Source of the DNA: Promethearchaeia archaeon
GTDB lineage: Archaea; Asgardarchaeota; Lokiarchaeia; Sigyniarchaeales; SOKP01
Assembly (NCBI GenBank): GCA_029856155.1
Contig: JAHQWL010000040.1
Location: forward strand, 96,001 to 160,000
Length of the DNA: 64,000 nucleotides
Direction: 5' to 3'
Positions 50,584-60,259 of the stretch are shown here, one piece after another (position 1 is the stretch's first letter; each line of letters starts with the position of its first letter). Under the pieces are notes generated by a model. It worked only from the letters and a program-made list of their open reading frames with translations, did not search any database and was not told the origin of the DNA. Made by a program: the position numbers and the translations under genes.

Positions 50584-51713
50584 GGAGTATCATTTTTTCC
50601 ATATAATGATTTAATTCGATTGATACCATTAAATTTTTCAATTAGCTGAACTACTTCTTTTGGTACTAGTGTTTTCCACTTTTTATCATTCTTGTTGATT
50701 AAATTTCTAATATTATTAGCATTGAAATGCTTTTTAAATATAATGATTTTTTTTTCAACTTTAATTCCCTTATCAAAAAACAATTCTCTTACCCAATCAC
50801 TATTAGTATAAATTGAATCAAAGTCCCCTACAATAGAGATAACATGATCAACCCATTTTTTAGCATTAAAAATATCCTGAATATAATATATTGTATACCG
50901 TTGAGAGGAGATACCTCTTTTTTGTAAGGCAGTCTTGATAAACATTTTTCTTTCATCACTTGAAAATGGATCATTTATAGTATGGGATAATTGAGAGCTA
51001 CCTATGCCAATTTTAATTTTTTTTTTAGATTTTAAAATTTGGTTTATAACATAAATATGCCCATGATGTAAAGGTTGAAATCTTCCAATAAAAAGAGCAC
51101 TTCCATTTTTTTTTTCAATAGATTGTTCTATTTTTTTCTCGAAGAGAGATGAAATATTTGCTATTAAGAGTTTTTTCCAAATTTTTTTTGAATAATCTAT
51201 ATATTTTTCATTTTCTAACAGTTTTTCAAGTTCAGTTTTAGTATAGAATCTACTAAATCTAACATCTAACTCGTTCTGATCCGGGCGTAAAGTAACATTC
51301 CAATCAACAATCCCTAAAAAAATGTATGCTATTTCATCACTTTCAGTATTTAAATCATAAAATATTACCTTCTGTACTTCTCTTGGAGGAATTCCAAATT
51401 CTTCTTCAAGTTCTCTTAACGCATTTTTCTTAATTTTATTTAGATCTAAATTTATCACCCAATTTATATGTCCAGAAGATGAATCAGTAAAATAGTTTGG
51501 GAATGCTCTTTTATTTTTTCCGCGTTTTTGTACTAAATATGATATCGTACCATTTGGTGCTATTGATAAAATAAAAAATCTTGTTATTAAATGACTAATA
51601 TTTTTCTTATGAGCCTCCGTTCTTTCCATTGGAAAAACATATTTAGAAATCTGACCCGATTGTAAAAATTTTTTATTTTTTTTTTCAATACAAGCCAATA
51701 TTTCTTTATCCAT
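50580..51713 (-). CDS. NUDIX (IDI-like) + nicotinamide-nucleotide adenylyltransferase fusion
   Basis: N-terminal QKRG...SSSGH...ALRELEEEFGI; C-terminal FIGRFQPLHHGH, IGIGSSQ. Confidence 0.85.
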   Translation of the reverse strand: MDKEILACIEKKNKKFLQSGQISKYVFPMERTEAHKKNISHLITRFFILSIAPNGTISYLVQKRGKNKRAFPNYFTDSSSGHINWVINLDLNKIKKNALRELEEEFGIPPREVQKVIFYDLNTESDEIAYIFLGIVDWNVTLRPDQNELDVRFSRFYTKTELEKLLENEKYIDYSKKIWKKLLIANISSLFEKKIEQSIEKKNGSALFIGRFQPLHHGHIYVINQILKSKKKIKIGIGSSQLSHTINDPFSSDERKMFIKTALQKRGISSQRYTIYYIQDIFNAKKWVDHVISIVGDFDSIYTNSDWVRELFFDKGIKVEKKIIIFKKHFNANNIRNLINKNDKKWKTLVPKEVVQLIEKFNGINRIKSLYGKNDTP

Positions 51714-51729
51714 CTTAATACACTTCTCT

Positions 51730-52560
51730 CTATAATCTTAAAGTTAAAACATCTCCTATTAAAAAACCCAATTTCTTAGATGCGTTTCCTCGATTAATTG
51801 AAAGTTCAAGAAAACCAGTTGATCCGACAATAAATAAAAATGATTCAATGGGAACACTTGAAAAGTGTGAAGTAAAGAATCCTTTATATGATTTCCCCTT
51901 GAATTTAACAAGAATCTCCTGACCTTCATCTAATATAAATCTGCTATCTTTAATTGTATTATTTACTATTGGGATATTAGTTGTTCCATTTCCAAAAGAG
52001 TCAATATATTGAATTGAGCATTGGATAACTTGATTTTTACTATCAATATCATATGTAAGTTTAAATTCTTGTAATTTATTAAGATCAAAAGTAGGACCGA
52101 ATTCTTGCAATGGAATACCAGATAATAAATGTGCACCTATTGGAGCCATAATATCTCTTCCATGAAATGTATTTGAAATTGGTTTATTAAAAAAGATATC
52201 ATTTTGAATTTTTCTACATTCAGCAATGCTATTAGTAAAAATATCGGAGAATATTCCATTGTTAGGTCCGATAAAATAATAGTTTGTTAGTGTTTTTAAT
52301 ACCAAAATTTCTCGAGAACTCCCTACTCCGGGATCAACAACAATTATAAAAACAGTTTCTTCAGGAAAATACTTATAAGTTGTTTTTAATACATAGGAAG
52401 CTTCAATTATTGAATATGGAGCAATATTATGTGAAAGATCTATTATTCTTATATTGGGATTCACACTTAATATAACTGCTTTCATACTAGCGATATAATG
52501 TTGCCCTTTTGAGCCAAAATCAGTTATTAAGCATATTATTTGTTGATTGAAATCTACCAT
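51730..52560 (-). CDS. SAM hydroxide adenosyltransferase/chlorinase-fluorinase family (DUF62)
   Basis: LITDFG, VVDPGVGS, GPNNG, TFHGRDI, YIDSFGN. Confidence 0.93.
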   Translation of the reverse strand: MVDFNQQIICLITDFGSKGQHYIASMKAVILSVNPNIRIIDLSHNIAPYSIIEASYVLKTTYKYFPEETVFIIVVDPGVGSSREILVLKTLTNYYFIGPNNGIFSDIFTNSIAECRKIQNDIFFNKPISNTFHGRDIMAPIGAHLLSGIPLQEFGPTFDLNKLQEFKLTYDIDSKNQVIQCSIQYIDSFGNGTTNIPIVNNTIKDSRFILDEGQEILVKFKGKSYKGFFTSHFSSVPIESFLFIVGSTGFLELSINRGNASKKLGFLIGDVLTLRL

Positions 52561-52619
52561 TTCAATAAGAAAACAAGGTATTTAATAAGCAATATTTATG
52601 AAAAATAAAGAAACTGAAT

Positions 52620-53525
52620 TTATTTATTTTTTCTATATTTTTGATCGATTTTATAAAAATCTTCTAATGCTTTTGATTTTAATCTATATTCCTCCTCTTT
52701 TTCGAATTGGATCAGTTTTTTAGAAATATCAGCTGCTTTTCTATAAGAAGTATAGGCTGAATGTAAGTCTTCATTTCTAAGAGAATTTCTGGCTTCTTGG
52801 ATAATCCTTTCCCTTTCTTTAGATAATTCAGGAATTCGTTGACAGAAATCACTTTTTTCTTTAAGTGAAATAGCTATATCCATTATGTAGAGACTTTCTG
52901 CGATTTCAGCTGCTTTATTAAAAAATTTAGCTGCTTTTTCATAATCTAAAGATTTCATAGATTTTTCAGCTATTTTGTAGTTGTCTGAAATTTTGGTATG
53001 TTCTCCATTTTCAATCTTCTGTACAAGATCTTGAGCGATTTTTCTTTCTTGCTTATCACCACTTAGCATAAATTTAGTGATATTAATAATACTATCTTTT
53101 AACGCTTCAGGTTGAAGTATATCAATTAACGGTTCTAAATGCTCCAAATATACATCCTTTAATATTATTTCAAATTCTTCTCTTGATTTCTTAAGAATAT
53201 CAAGACTTGGAATCTCAAAAGCTTCTGCCGCTTCTTTAAGAGATGAACGAAATTTCTCTGGCTTATCGTGCTCATTTAAAAATAACCCTATTATAATTCC
53301 AGACGCTTTCCGGGTTATTTTTCCTTTAAAATTGTAAATATATGAAAAAATTTGAAGATCCTTTATTTTTAACAAAGTATACTCATTTTTTGAGTGATCA
53401 AGATTTAATCTAAGAAACAAATCATTTGAAATTTCAAAATCTATTTTTCCTTCTTTAAAGTAATACCCCATTATCTTATAATCAGAATCGGTTGGAAGTA
53501 ATATTACAAAACTGCCTGATGGCAT
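52620..53525 (-). CDS. Hypothetical protein: longin/roadblock-like N-terminus plus TPR-like helical repeats
   Basis: Beta-rich N-terminus; DYEKAAKFFNKAAEIA and DLHSAYTSYRKAADIS repeats. Confidence 0.5.
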   Translation of the reverse strand: MPSGSFVILLPTDSDYKIMGYYFKEGKIDFEISNDLFLRLNLDHSKNEYTLLKIKDLQIFSYIYNFKGKITRKASGIIIGLFLNEHDKPEKFRSSLKEAAEAFEIPSLDILKKSREEFEIILKDVYLEHLEPLIDILQPEALKDSIINITKFMLSGDKQERKIAQDLVQKIENGEHTKISDNYKIAEKSMKSLDYEKAAKFFNKAAEIAESLYIMDIAISLKEKSDFCQRIPELSKERERIIQEARNSLRNEDLHSAYTSYRKAADISKKLIQFEKEEEYRLKSKALEDFYKIDQKYRKNK

Positions 53526-53605
53526 AAAAAATTTTACACCTATTTGTCCTATTTGTTTAATTTTATTAAATTAATATAAAACCAAGATAAAAAAATTTTA
53601 TAATT

Positions 53606-54037
53606 TTAAGATCGACTTGCACTAATAATTCTATTTGTTTCTTCTCTAATTGAGGAAATTATGTTTAGTAATTGAGCAAAATATAGATTGTCTGCTACTG
53701 TTTTCGACGCTTGTCTTATAATCTCTATAGCCTTCTTTTCTTCTTCAGTTAAAGCTTCAATAGCCTTTTTATCCCAAAGTTCTTTTATCTGTTGGTTAAA
53801 ATCATCTGAAAGTTCCTGAAGAGTTTTACCAGATTGAACTCGGAATTGTTTTAAGACTTCTACGATTAATCTAATATTCTCTGTCATAGCAACTGTCTGT
53901 TCAGAGAAACTTTGACTCATTTGATTAATTGCTCCCCTCATTTGGCTAATTTGAGCTATTGTTCCATCTAGTGAAGCCATAATTTGATTTATCTTTTGAA
54001 TCATTTCTTCAAGTAGTTGTTCTGCCAATTTTATCAC
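53606..54037 (-). CDS. Coiled-coil hypothetical protein
   Basis: Heptad-rich 143 aa; similar N-terminus to the neighbouring gene. Confidence 0.7.
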   Translation of the reverse strand: MIKLAEQLLEEMIQKINQIMASLDGTIAQISQMRGAINQMSQSFSEQTVAMTENIRLIVEVLKQFRVQSGKTLQELSDDFNQQIKELWDKKAIEALTEEEKKAIEIIRQASKTVADNLYFAQLLNIISSIREETNRIISASRS

Positions 54038-54059
54038 CTTATCTTTAATTTAAGATATT

Positions 54060-54473
54060 TTATTCTACTACCTCTTCTTCTTTAATAGATTCTTTAAGGA
54101 TTTTAACAGAATCGATCGCTTCAGATAATAATAAATTTACAGTTTCTTGATTAAGAACACTTTCAGATAGTTTAGAAAAATCCTCAAGCTTTTTAATTAA
54201 ATTAGTAAGAGCATCTAATCCTAAGCCTTCTTGAATCACTTTTAATTCCCTAGTTGTTCCTTTTCCAATTTCTTTTACTACATCAATATGTTTAGTTTGA
54301 GTAACATTTATCTCACTAGAAAATTCCTCTAATTTCAAGGTTAAATTTGTAATTTTTTCTTCAATATTTTGATTAAGGCCATCGAGAGACGTCTTTAGCT
54401 CTTGTATTGCTGAACCTAGCTGTGCAATCCGTTTATAGATATTTTGAAGAAGATCCGTTAACATCTCAGCCAT
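54060..54473 (-). CDS. Coiled-coil hypothetical protein
   Basis: Heptad-rich 137 aa. Confidence 0.7.
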   Translation of the reverse strand: MAEMLTDLLQNIYKRIAQLGSAIQELKTSLDGLNQNIEEKITNLTLKLEEFSSEINVTQTKHIDVVKEIGKGTTRELKVIQEGLGLDALTNLIKKLEDFSKLSESVLNQETVNLLLSEAIDSVKILKESIKEEEVVE

Positions 54474-54687
54474 AAATTATCAACCTTAAATTTTTTTTAT
54501 TAATATAATAATATCTCTTTTTATCACTTCAATTATAAATATAACAGATTACACCAATAAAAAAATTTTTATCTTTTCGTGGTTTTATTAGATTATATTT
54601 ACTAACTAGATATATAACCATTGAAAAAGGTATTTATATAAAAAATTAGATCGATAACTTATATCTGAGTAAATATATTTCATATAT

Positions 54688-54872
54688 GGGCCATTAGCTC
54701 AGACTGGTTAACAAGGTTTTAGAAAAGCTTGGTCAACAAGCGCAGGTCTTATAAATGACCTACGGACATACAAATGTTTGAAGAAATTGTCCGTATTTTA
54801 GTAAAAACCTGAGATCCGGGGTTCAAAATGGCTTGATTGTCTAAGTCAATCATGAAACTCCCCGATGGCCCA
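54688..54872 (+). tRNA. tRNA-Ile(UAU) with three BHB introns (54711-54737, 54755-54806, 54828-54858)
   Basis: Acceptor GGGCCAT/ATGGCCC+A, anticodon arm CAGGT-CTTATAA-ACCTG, T arm CGGGG-TTCAAAT-CCCCG after splicing; BHB helices TGGT/GTCA, TTAT/GTAA, TTCA/TGAA. Confidence 0.9.
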
Positions 54873-55002
54873 TATAATTATTTTTTTGATCGTGAAATAT
54901 CTATTTTACGTTTTTCTTTATATATCTAAATATTACCTTAAAATGTATTGAAGTTATATTATTCTTAAATGTGGTTTAAAAAAATTCTTAAAGAAAAAGT
55001 AC

Positions 55003-55686
55003 TTATTTATCTAGAAACGAACTAATCAAATCAAGGAGCCACTTCTTTATCTGTGTAAGATTTTTAAGAATACCGGGAACAAGATTATCAGGAAAAGTAT
55101 GTTCTTGTTCTAGTCTTTGAGCTGTTTCCATCCACTTATTTAAAGCTAATTGAACCAAACTGGCACCTTCAGCTTCCATAAATATTGGAACAACAGCTGC
55201 TGATTCTCTAGCATCCCCAATAGTAAAATATATTCTTCGGTTTATTCCTTTTAACAATACTAAATTTGCGCATTCATCGAGTTTTCTCTCAACCAAAATG
55301 CTTTTTAAAATCTGGATTTTCATTTCTGCATCCTTAGAGATATAATTCTCTTTTCGTTTTCTAAGTAGCGGTTGAATGTCTGTTACAACTTTATCACCAG
55401 TAGTTCCTTCGCTAAAATATTTAGTAATTTTTAAAGAATTTTCTAATCCTTCTATTGCAATAAATTTTTTGTCATTCGAATATAAAACTGCTTTAGAACC
55501 ACCTTGTTCTTCGCTTGAAGATTGTTTTATATAAATATTTCTCATAGTCACGGAATTACATGTGTGATATGCGATTTCAAACAATTCTCGAGGGATTAAA
55601 GGACTATATGGCTCTTCTATTTGTTTAGAAAGCCATTGAAAAGTAATAACATTATTAAATTGGTCTAATAGCCTATTTTCCATCAT
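55003..55686 (-). CDS. Hypothetical protein
   Basis: 227-aa ORF with normal composition; no recognised motif. Confidence 0.7.
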   Translation of the reverse strand: MMENRLLDQFNNVITFQWLSKQIEEPYSPLIPRELFEIAYHTCNSVTMRNIYIKQSSSEEQGGSKAVLYSNDKKFIAIEGLENSLKITKYFSEGTTGDKVVTDIQPLLRKRKENYISKDAEMKIQILKSILVERKLDECANLVLLKGINRRIYFTIGDARESAAVVPIFMEAEGASLVQLALNKWMETAQRLEQEHTFPDNLVPGILKNLTQIKKWLLDLISSFLDK

Positions 55687-55809
55687 GAATCTCTTTCTAT
55701 CGATTTTGTATTGTTCGTATAATTTTTATTAAAATATAGAACTTCTAGTTTTTATTTATTTTTATTTCTGTTTAAATAGAACATCAAAATATTTGTTTTC
55801 AATTTACAA

Positions 55810-57180
55810 TTATTTAATTTGGTTATATGCTTTTTCAAATCTCTCGACAGCAGAAATGATATCTTTTTCTGATGCTCCAATTGCAGCATTCATTACAATA
55901 TATGGGGTTGTATAATTGCTACAACATGTTCCAAATGAGTTTTCTTTTGGGTTATATACTCTTGGTCCTGTTACTCTCAAGTTATACAAAGCTCCACCAA
56001 GGGCATACAATTTTTTTTCACTTAGATTTTGTAATGATAATGCTACAGCAACGGGATTATATACATCAAGAATTCTTTCATTAAGTTTTTTAGCAATTTC
56101 CCTTAATTTCTTTTCGAGAATTTCACGATTATGCTGTTGTTCTTTGAGTAGTTTTTGATAACCACTTATTCCTAATGATAACATTGAAATTAAAAAATTC
56201 ACAACAGGTGTAGCTGAGGCACGACCTGCGTATGCTTGGCTAATTTTGGTTATAGTCTCTTTTACCGGTGATGCTATTACAGCTCCACCAACAGGAGTAA
56301 GGAAATTTTTATCTGTTGATTGAATTATTGCATCTACTCTACCTGCATCAAGTGCAGATCGAATTAATTTCATCCATTCTGGGCTTTGCACACCATATGC
56401 GTTTATAACGATATGGACAAGATTATTCTCTTCTGCAAATTTACTAATTTCTTTAATATTATCGTGTTCACGAGGAGGAAAAAAACTTGTAAGTGAGATA
56501 ATAGCAAAACAGGTATTATCAAAATGATTTTTTATATCCTCAATCGGAATTCTAACCGCATCACCAAAAATCTGTCCGGGGATAATTTTTGCTTTAAAAC
56601 CCATTAATTCAATCGCCTTTAAAAGAGATTTATGATCTACTTGAGGAAGTAAGACTGTTCTTTTATAATTCAATTTTTTTTCGCTTATATTAGGTTTTAA
56701 AGCACTTAATGCTAATGATAAAGACATTCCTGTACATAACGGGACAACAATTGCTTCCTTAATGTTTGATAATCCAAAATTTCTTAAAATGTCTCGAGCT
56801 AAGTAGTTGGAAAGTTTATACATTATCGATCCACCGGGAGCCTTAGGCTGAGGTGCTGTTAAAAATCCACTTCTTCCCACACCATGACAGAATCCTGCTG
56901 ATGTTCTTAAATGTAATTTTGAAGCGATTCTTCCTTCTCTTTCACCTACTCTAGCAGCATTAGTATCTTTATCTGTATCCATATTTGAAAGCGTTTGAAG
57001 CAAGAATTCGATTTGTTCATCAATCCAAGGTTTATTAGGTACAGATCTTTGTTCAAATAATATTTTTAGTGGATTTAAGAACTCATTTAGTACTAATTGT
57101 CCTCTATTAAGCATATTTTTTGGAATATTTACACTTTCAAAAAAATCAATAATTTTATTAAAGTCAACCATTGAAAACAC
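55810..57180 (-). CDS. spcS: O-phosphoseryl-tRNA(Sec) selenium transferase (SepSecS)
   Basis: VGEREGR, HGVGRSG...QPKAPG, NAYGVQ, QSTDKNFLTPVGG; directly downstream of tRNA-Sec. Confidence 0.95.
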   Translation of the reverse strand: MFSMVDFNKIIDFFESVNIPKNMLNRGQLVLNEFLNPLKILFEQRSVPNKPWIDEQIEFLLQTLSNMDTDKDTNAARVGEREGRIASKLHLRTSAGFCHGVGRSGFLTAPQPKAPGGSIMYKLSNYLARDILRNFGLSNIKEAIVVPLCTGMSLSLALSALKPNISEKKLNYKRTVLLPQVDHKSLLKAIELMGFKAKIIPGQIFGDAVRIPIEDIKNHFDNTCFAIISLTSFFPPREHDNIKEISKFAEENNLVHIVINAYGVQSPEWMKLIRSALDAGRVDAIIQSTDKNFLTPVGGAVIASPVKETITKISQAYAGRASATPVVNFLISMLSLGISGYQKLLKEQQHNREILEKKLREIAKKLNERILDVYNPVAVALSLQNLSEKKLYALGGALYNLRVTGPRVYNPKENSFGTCCSNYTTPYIVMNAAIGASEKDIISAVERFEKAYNQIK

Positions 57181-57204
57181 AGTATAACTATTTTTATGAT
57201 ATAA

Positions 57205-57297
57205 TGGCGGCCCTCGAGGGGAATCGAACCCCTATCCCTCCGCAGGATAACTGGGTTTGAAGCCCAGTGTCAGAGACCACTCCAACCGTCAAGGGCC
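57205..57297 (-). tRNA. selC: tRNA-Sec (UCA), 9/4 archaeal/eukaryotic fold, encoded CCA, intronless
   Basis: GGCCCTTGA/TCGAGGGCC+GCCA 9-bp acceptor, 7-bp D stem, ACTGGG-CTTCAAA-CCCAGT, long variable arm, 4-bp T stem. Confidence 0.93.
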
Positions 57298-57388
57298 ATA
57301 AATAATAATTATTTCTAATTCAAATTATATATCTTTTAAAAAGAAGTTTTTGGTTATAAACAATGATGTAAATCAATAAGCAAAATTA

Positions 57389-58603
57389 TTAAAAAAAATC
57401 TGACACTTTTTTCCCTTCTTCAAAAATAGCATTAGCTTTCTGCATAATATCAGGAATATCTATTTGTTGTGGACACTTATCAAGGCATTCTCCACATTGA
57501 ATGCATAAAATTGCTGCTCCATCTACTTCATCTCCTTGAGATAATCCTTCTTCTAAAGCTTCTTGCGTTTTTGCCATCCTATCATAAAAGAATGAAATTC
57601 TGGTTTTACGTTCCTCGCCCCAATATCCTAGGTCATTTAATAATCTAAAAACCCATGGAATAGAAACTCCATTTGGACATGGTAAGCAATATCTACAACT
57701 AGTACAAGGCACAAGATCAAATTTATCATACGCATTACGTAATTCAGAAATCGTTTGCAGTTCGTCTTCAGTTAAACTATTATTAACAGAAAGATTTGCC
57801 GATTCGATATTTTCTTTAACTTGTTGCATATTGCTCATTCCACTTAACACAACTGAAACTTCAGGATGGCTCCAGACGAATCTTAGAGCCCGTTCAGCCA
57901 TAGATCTCTTAATTTTTGATTTGCTTAGAATATCTTTAATTTCTGGTTTCTTCCCTAATTTTTTATCTGGAATCGCCAACTTACCACCCCGAATAGGTTC
58001 CATGATTATTAATGCAATTTTCTTACTTCCAGCATATTTAACTCCCTTTGTACCTGCTTGATAATCAACGTCAAGATAATTATATTGAATTTGACAACAA
58101 TCCCAATCATAATAATCGAGTATTTCTTTAAAAACTTCAAAATTATCATGGAAGGAAAACCCTGTATATTTAAATAATCCCTTCTCCCTTGCTTCCTCCA
58201 TTTTTTCAATTAAATTAAAACTTTTAATTTTCTCTAGTCGATTTTTAGTTAAACCGTGGAAAAGATAAATATCGGGTTTAGTTTGTAATCTTTCAATCTG
58301 TTCGTTAAGAAATTTATCAAAATCCTCCCTTTTCTTAACTAACCAGATTGGTAATTTTGTTGTAAGATGGACTCTCTCGCGATACCCATTTTGAAGCGCT
58401 TTTCCCACTATTACTTCACTTTCCCCATTGTGGTAAGGATAGGCAGTATCGATATAATTTACTCCATTATCTATAGCATAACGAAGCATTTTAATAGCTT
58501 CTTCTTCATTCACCGTTGTTTGATCAATCATAGGGAATCGCATTGCGCCAAATCCCAGAACAGATACATCCCAACCAAGGGATCCCATTTTCCTATATTT
58601 CAT
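57389..58603 (-). CDS. Aldo/keto reductase with C-terminal 4Fe-4S dicluster
   Basis: LGFGAMRFP, IDTAYPYH, MEPIRGG, CTSCRYCLPCP, CIQCGECLDKCPQ. Confidence 0.92.
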   Translation of the reverse strand: MKYRKMGSLGWDVSVLGFGAMRFPMIDQTTVNEEEAIKMLRYAIDNGVNYIDTAYPYHNGESEVIVGKALQNGYRERVHLTTKLPIWLVKKREDFDKFLNEQIERLQTKPDIYLFHGLTKNRLEKIKSFNLIEKMEEAREKGLFKYTGFSFHDNFEVFKEILDYYDWDCCQIQYNYLDVDYQAGTKGVKYAGSKKIALIIMEPIRGGKLAIPDKKLGKKPEIKDILSKSKIKRSMAERALRFVWSHPEVSVVLSGMSNMQQVKENIESANLSVNNSLTEDELQTISELRNAYDKFDLVPCTSCRYCLPCPNGVSIPWVFRLLNDLGYWGEERKTRISFFYDRMAKTQEALEEGLSQGDEVDGAAILCIQCGECLDKCPQQIDIPDIMQKANAIFEEGKKVSDFF

Positions 58604-58809
58604 ACTATATTCATAAGTTTTTTATCTTATTTGATATCTATTATTTTTGCAATATCTATTGTGTACATAGTACAGGTTTTTTTAAAGCTCGCTTTTAAAA
58701 TAGCAGTAATTTGAATAACGATTTACTAAATTTTGAGTGTTTTGCTTTTTATAAATTTATAACTGTTATATTTTTTTAAAATAATTTTTTTAGATAAAGG
58801 GAAAATTAT

Positions 58810-58962
58810 ATGAGTATTGATTTGAAATTAACAATTGATGCTGAGTTGATAGAATGCCCATTTCTTTCAATATGTGGACTCCCAAAAATTCAATTTTTAT
58901 GCAAGATTCCCAATTGCAGAAATTGTCCTGATTATACTTCCAAATTAGAAAAAATCAAATAG
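58810..58962 (+). CDS. Small Cys-rich hypothetical protein (50 aa)
   Basis: MSIDLKLTIDAELIECPFLSICGLPKIQFLCKIPNCRNCPDYTSKLEKIK; below the ORF-track cutoff. Confidence 0.55.
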   Translation: MSIDLKLTIDAELIECPFLSICGLPKIQFLCKIPNCRNCPDYTSKLEKIK

Positions 58963-58985
58963 GAAAACTATTGTTTTTTTACAAG

Positions 58986-59696
58986 TTAAAATTTACTTGT
59001 AATTTGGTCTCTATATTTGATATATTCTTTAATGAGTTTTATTTTATCAAGCTTAAATCTTTTTAAATTAAGTTCTGAAAGATTATAACCATACACTCTT
59101 TCAATAAAATTTGAAATCAGGTAACCTGTGGCACCCCACACTGTAAAGATTTTTCCATTTTCTTTTTTTGTATAATTAAAATAAAATATAGGAAATTTAC
59201 TCCCATTAATGTCAACAGCTTGTTCTCTAAAATTGATTTTACTTGTGAAAAAATCAATTGGAATTCTCACGATTTCTTGTACTTCTCTGTCATCTTTTAC
59301 TAATTTTTGATCCTCATCAATAATTCCTACAAAGGGTGTAATTATGTATCTTGTCATTGTTGGAAAATCATCAAGACACCCTATTATTTTAACTTTATCG
59401 GAAGGTACACCTATTTCTTCTTTTGTTTCCCTAAGAGCAGTGTCTCGTAAAGATCCATCTAATTGAGGGTCAAATTTTCCTCCAGGGAAGGACATTTCAC
59501 CTCTATGTCTTATCCCCTTATCTGAACGATGAATTAAAATTAATTCATATGGTTTATCTTTATAGGGAATTATTGAAAAAAGAACAGCTGAACTTGTAAA
59601 AAAATTATCTTTTATAGAAATTCTTAGAGGTGAATCACATTGATATAAAGCTTTTTTTATTATATTTCCATTAAAGATCAAGTTTGCTGAATTCAT
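58986..59696 (-). CDS. CoA pyrophosphatase-type NUDIX hydrolase
   Basis: HRGEMSFPGG, TALRETKEEIG, VWGATG. Confidence 0.9.
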   Translation of the reverse strand: MNSANLIFNGNIIKKALYQCDSPLRISIKDNFFTSSAVLFSIIPYKDKPYELILIHRSDKGIRHRGEMSFPGGKFDPQLDGSLRDTALRETKEEIGVPSDKVKIIGCLDDFPTMTRYIITPFVGIIDEDQKLVKDDREVQEIVRIPIDFFTSKINFREQAVDINGSKFPIFYFNYTKKENGKIFTVWGATGYLISNFIERVYGYNLSELNLKRFKLDKIKLIKEYIKYRDQITSKF

Positions 59697-59782
59697 ATTT
59701 GTTTTAGCAAAAATTTTAAGATAATAATAATTTAAAAAACATAATATTTTATTCTAATAAAGTTTTTAGCAAGTGGTTAACT

Positions 59783-60085
59783 GTGAAATTTCCAAAGGAG
59801 CTTAGAGATAAAAAAGATATAGGTAATTTAGCTAAAAACAAGACATGTTCGATAAAGGATTGTAGTGAAATTGCTATAAGGTCGCTTTCAGAAAACTCAT
59901 GGAAAAAATATGTAGAAAAAGCGGGCTTAAAATATAATGCGAATTCACGGCATAAGATATTTTTATGTAAAATCCATTACCATCAATCCAATAAATTTAG
60001 GAAATCACAAGAAAAGATGTTTCAGAAAAAAGGATTTTTAGACAATTCAAATGCCGTGAAAAAGGGAAAATGGGGAGATGATTAA
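59783..60085 (+). CDS. Hypothetical basic protein, possible Zn-binding
   Basis: CSIKDC...LCKIHY. Confidence 0.6.
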   Translation: MKFPKELRDKKDIGNLAKNKTCSIKDCSEIAIRSLSENSWKKYVEKAGLKYNANSRHKIFLCKIHYHQSNKFRKSQEKMFQKKGFLDNSNAVKKGKWGDD

Positions 60086-60207
60086 GGAATTGCAACCATT
60101 TGCTCATAAATAGAATTTATTAAACTATACTGCCCTTGAATAACTCCAATTGTTATTAGTGATATTCCTATTAATAAAATTATAATGGCAATTAATTTAT
60201 TTCTCAT
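60082..60207 (-). CDS. Small single-TM peptide (41 aa)
   Basis: MRNKLIAIIILLIGISLITIGVIQGQYSLINSIYEQMVAIP. Confidence 0.4.
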   Translation of the reverse strand: MRNKLIAIIILLIGISLITIGVIQGQYSLINSIYEQMVAIP

Positions 60208-60259
60208 GGTTGTTGTAACTTTTAATATTTCTTAATAAAAATAGTTTAACCATAAATTT

